Positions 61,138 to 64,000 of a stretch of 64,000 nucleotides of DNA are shown piece by piece. Under the pieces are notes generated by a model. That model was given only the letters and a program-made list of their open reading frames with translations. It did no database searches and was not told where the DNA came from. Position 1 is the stretch's first letter; every line of letters begins with the position of its first letter. The position numbers and the translations under genes are program-made. The stretch is from Massalongia carnosa (Eukaryota): assembly GCA_965645245.1 (NCBI GenBank), contig OZ287079.1:434001-498000 (forward strand), in the 5' to 3' direction.

Positions 61138-61721
61138 GGCTTTCGTCAGATAGCTTCAATCTAGATAAATCATACAATACCATTGATTGGCCGTCATTAT
61201 TCATATCATCATGATCTTTGTAACTCAATGTAATCGCGCTACATGAAAATAATCAGTTCATCAACCTCAAAATTGAGCGAAAGCGAGCAATTTATCACTT
61301 AATCGACTCTCACGCTTTTTATAGCCTGACAGTGGTTATAACACATGATTATCGAGTCATCCATCTTGAGAGGTGCGTTTTTGGTATAAAATACAGTCTC
61401 TGGTAAACTAATACGACCCTAACCACTGTATTAAATCCATAAAAGGAAAGGTTGCACTGCTAAAATTTTTATTACGCGGATCTGGCCGTAATTTTGAGTT
61501 TTGCGCTCAGACGTGCTATCGCACTGATGTTAGTCAGCAGCGACGCTAACCAGAAGGGGCTTAGCGAAAATAGGCTAATCCAGAGGGGCTTAGCCGGCTC
61601 ATAGAGCCACGCACGTCTGAGGTACTGAGGCAAGTGCCCAGTTACTCCATGACAGTGCTTACATAAAAAACCTGAAACCCTGAAAACCTGGCCAAAAAAA
61701 CTCAACCGTGAAAACCCCTAA

Positions 61722-61909
61722 TATGTATGACCCTGATGTGTAAGATGAAGAATTACTATAGAGCAATCTTCTCCTTTAACTGGTCACCCTCTATTAAGTG
61801 AAGTGATAATAGTTTATCCGAGCCTGAGTAACCAATGCGGTGAGGCTGGCACGCTGGATCTGATCTAATCTAATCTCTAGTTGTGCTGGTAGAAGTTGAA
61901 TATTCAACA
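61722..61909 (-). mobile_element. Truncated LTR, same subfamily as 17892-18122
   Basis: Close reverse-complement match to the 17892 solo LTR; ends TATTCAACA. Confidence 0.8.
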
Positions 61910-61950
61910 CTATAGTTATATGGCTATGATAAAAATGGTATGTATAACCG

Positions 61951-62500
61951 TGTAAGAGTCAGACCTGGCGACCATCAGACACCAGGCCTAGGGATATGTG
62001 ACAATGTGAAGAGACTAGTGATTGCTATACTAATATACTAAAAGAAGTATGTAGGTAAAGCGGAAGACTAATTGTTGAAGATTGCATCTCCCTCGAGCAG
62101 CCTCCTTATATACCCGGACCGAAGCCCTTGACCCTCTGGGCCCTTGATACTGTAACTATCTTGACCGCCTATTACTCCTACCGGATAAGCCGGCTAAACA
62201 CTCTGCTGAATGCATCGTGGACACTGTGCTGACTGTATCGTGGACACTGTGCTGACTGTATCGTGGACACTGTGCTGACTGTATCGCAGACACTGTGCTG
62301 ACTGTATCGTGGACACTGTGCTGACTGTATCGTACCATCCGCTCACTAATCGTACGAGCATCCTCGTATATCTCGATCGCTCGTACTATACTCTCGGCAG
62401 TAGATACTGCAGACCAGCTGCTTCCCATATGACTAAGCCTAGCCCTAGAACTAAGCCCCGCTTAGTTAGCTTTAGCCCTTATTCCTTCTATGCCCTGACA
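61951..62500. mobile_element. Solo LTR (550 bp, different family) with an internal 23-bp tandem repeat
   Basis: TGT...ACA termini; TSD AACCG (61946-61950 / 62501-62505); five CGTGGACACTGTGCTGACTGTAT-type units at ~62216-62332. Confidence 0.88.
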
Positions 62501-62545
62501 AACCGTGATGTTAAGGATAAAAAGTGCTGTTCAGCAGTCTTTGTC

Positions 62546-62993
62546 TGTCACGGAATCGCTTCGCACCCTCCCACTTGTCCTGATCGGGTTAGTATTTAAC
62601 AGGGCCCATTGCTAGGAAACCTCACCTATGGTGCTCAGGCATTCTTCTGCCGCCCTCAGCGCACTATCAATCTCCTACCATCCGTATCCAATCTCAACGT
62701 CTCCACTATCCAGGCTTATGACTGAGAGTGCCTGGCACAGAGAGATTGCTTCAGCACAGATAAAGGCGGGATAGGTCAAAGCAATCATGTTAAGGAAATT
62801 AGTATAGGGACCGAGATAGGGCAAGTCGAGAAAGGGGAGTTGAAAGCCATGGCTATAAAGTAGATGTGGTTTTCCAGGTGTTTAGAGCTCTCCATCGGAC
62901 GTCTTGTGTATTATTCTCAACTTCTAGTTTTAGCATATCTAGATATCCGTTCTGCAAGATAGAGTCTTGTATCTCTCCAGCCCTCCCCTGACA
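62546..62993. mobile_element. Solo LTR (448 bp, third family)
   Basis: TGTCA...TGACA termini; TSD TTGTC (62541-62545 / 62994-62998). Confidence 0.88.
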
Positions 62994-63286
62994 TTGTCCC
63001 ATAACTGGTCACCCTCTGCTAAGCGAGGTGATAAGATTATCTGAGCAGATATTATCTAATCTCTAGGCTAAGCCTAATACGGCATCTACAGTTTCTGTAG
63101 GTAGTTGCTATGTTCATTGAACTGGTAGGTGTTCACTGTACTGGTAGGAGTTGAATATTCAACATATACTGAGTGCCGTATTTCTTAGTTTCACGGCAGT
63201 CGACGATTTCGAGGACTTCATATTCTTCATGAGGACTGGATTCGGCGTCTTCTTGAATTAGTATCGGGGGACCCGGTTTAATAAGT

Positions 63287-63560
63287 TGTTGAATATCCAA
63301 TTCCTACCAGCACAGTGAACACCTATTAGTTCAATGAACATAGCACCTACGGCTGTCGTAGATGGACAGGCCATCTACGGAAACCGTAGATGCCGCATTA
63401 GGCTTAGTCCCGAGATAAGATAAGATCACCTCGCTTAGTAGAGGGTGACTAGTAATAGGAAAAGATTGCTGCATAGCAACTCTTCATCCTAAACATCACG
63501 GTCATACATACCTTTATTATTACATAGCCATATAGCCATAGTCATATACCTATTTCAACA
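63287..63560 (+). mobile_element. Solo LTR of the copia element family
   Basis: 274 bp, reverse complement of the 27744/33417 LTRs with several substitutions; TSD TAAGT (63282-63286 / 63561-63565). Confidence 0.92.
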
Positions 63561-64000
63561 TAAGTTGACCGGGAAGGGGTTCGTAGGAGCCAGATGAAGT
63601 TTCCATGGATGAAATATCGGTAAATTACTGAGATGACCCCCAAATGACCCCCCCATGTTATTTCGGGGTGAATTACCGTAATACACGTAATTTTGCTTCT
63701 GGCGCTGTCACGATGACCCCCAAGAACTGTAATTAATTGAAGGGGGTTATTTGGGGGTTATTTGGGGGTTAGAATTCGAAATCGGTCTAGAAGTAATATT
63801 GCGATCGCACGATTAAATGACTAGTACAAGGAAAAGTGACTAGATACCTATATAAAAATATACGGAGAACATCATAATACAATGTCATGATCTAATTTTC
63901 CTTCCTAGACTGTCATGTTTCAAAATGTCATTCCTTCATAAAAAAAACTGCCTCCGAAGAAGTGGTAGATGGAACGTAGCTAGCCGGCAGATGCCCTGTC

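Larger units (their letters stand above)
54878..61633. mobile_element. AcademH-like DNA transposon (TIRs + RecQ-like helicase + DUF6589-type transposase)
   Basis: ~140-bp TIRs (TTGCCTCAGTACCTCAGACGTGCGTGGCTCTATGAGCCGGCTAAGCCCCT at 54878; inverse ends at 61633) enclosing two convergent genes. No TSD. Confidence 0.85.
61910..63164 (-). mobile_element. Copia-family LTR split by two nested solo LTRs
   Basis: Pieces 61910-61950, 62506-62545 and 62999-63164 rejoin into an LTR like the one at 47790-48009. Confidence 0.8.

Noticed and set aside
63630..63772. GACCCCC / GGGGGTTATTT repeats near the window end
   Set aside because: May be a transposon terminus, but no partner end or ORF is visible in the window.
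1..64000. Starship captain, rRNA or tRNA genes
   Set aside because: No tyrosine-recombinase ORF or structured RNA gene recognised by eye; Starship membership cannot be established from this window.

Overview
Eukaryotic DNA from a filamentous ascomycete (spliceosomal GT-AG introns with CTAAC branch sites; Pezizomycotina-type gene families). It is a transposon-rich accessory region. The first ~24 kb holds a cluster of partly decayed conflict/immunity-type genes: an N-terminal helical-domain protein, an HSPA12-like Hsp70 with a divergent partner gene, an NLR remnant, a CYP52-like P450 pseudogene, a degenerate NACHT-like gene head-to-head with a fungal AAA+ ATPase, an intact vWA/Zn-finger protein and a CorA-like membrane protein. 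Mobile DNA dominates the rest: two Tc1-like elements with DD38E spacing; a Ty1/copia element with a half-tRNAiMet PBS and a 24-copy 50/51-bp hairpin array in its leader; two Mutator-like elements, each nested in an older transposon; several solo LTRs including a nested stack; and a 6.76-kb TIR element encoding a RecQ-like helicase and a convergent DUF6589-type transposase (AcademH-like). Apparently intact cellular genes are an FtsJ-like methyltransferase (GC-AG intron), an AlaX-like tRNA-editing protein, a 2EXR protein and an EgtD/EasF-like methyltransferase. Many nonsense mutations fit CpA>TpA (RIP-like) or CpG>TpG changes. Family calls are from motif recognition by eye; no searches were run.
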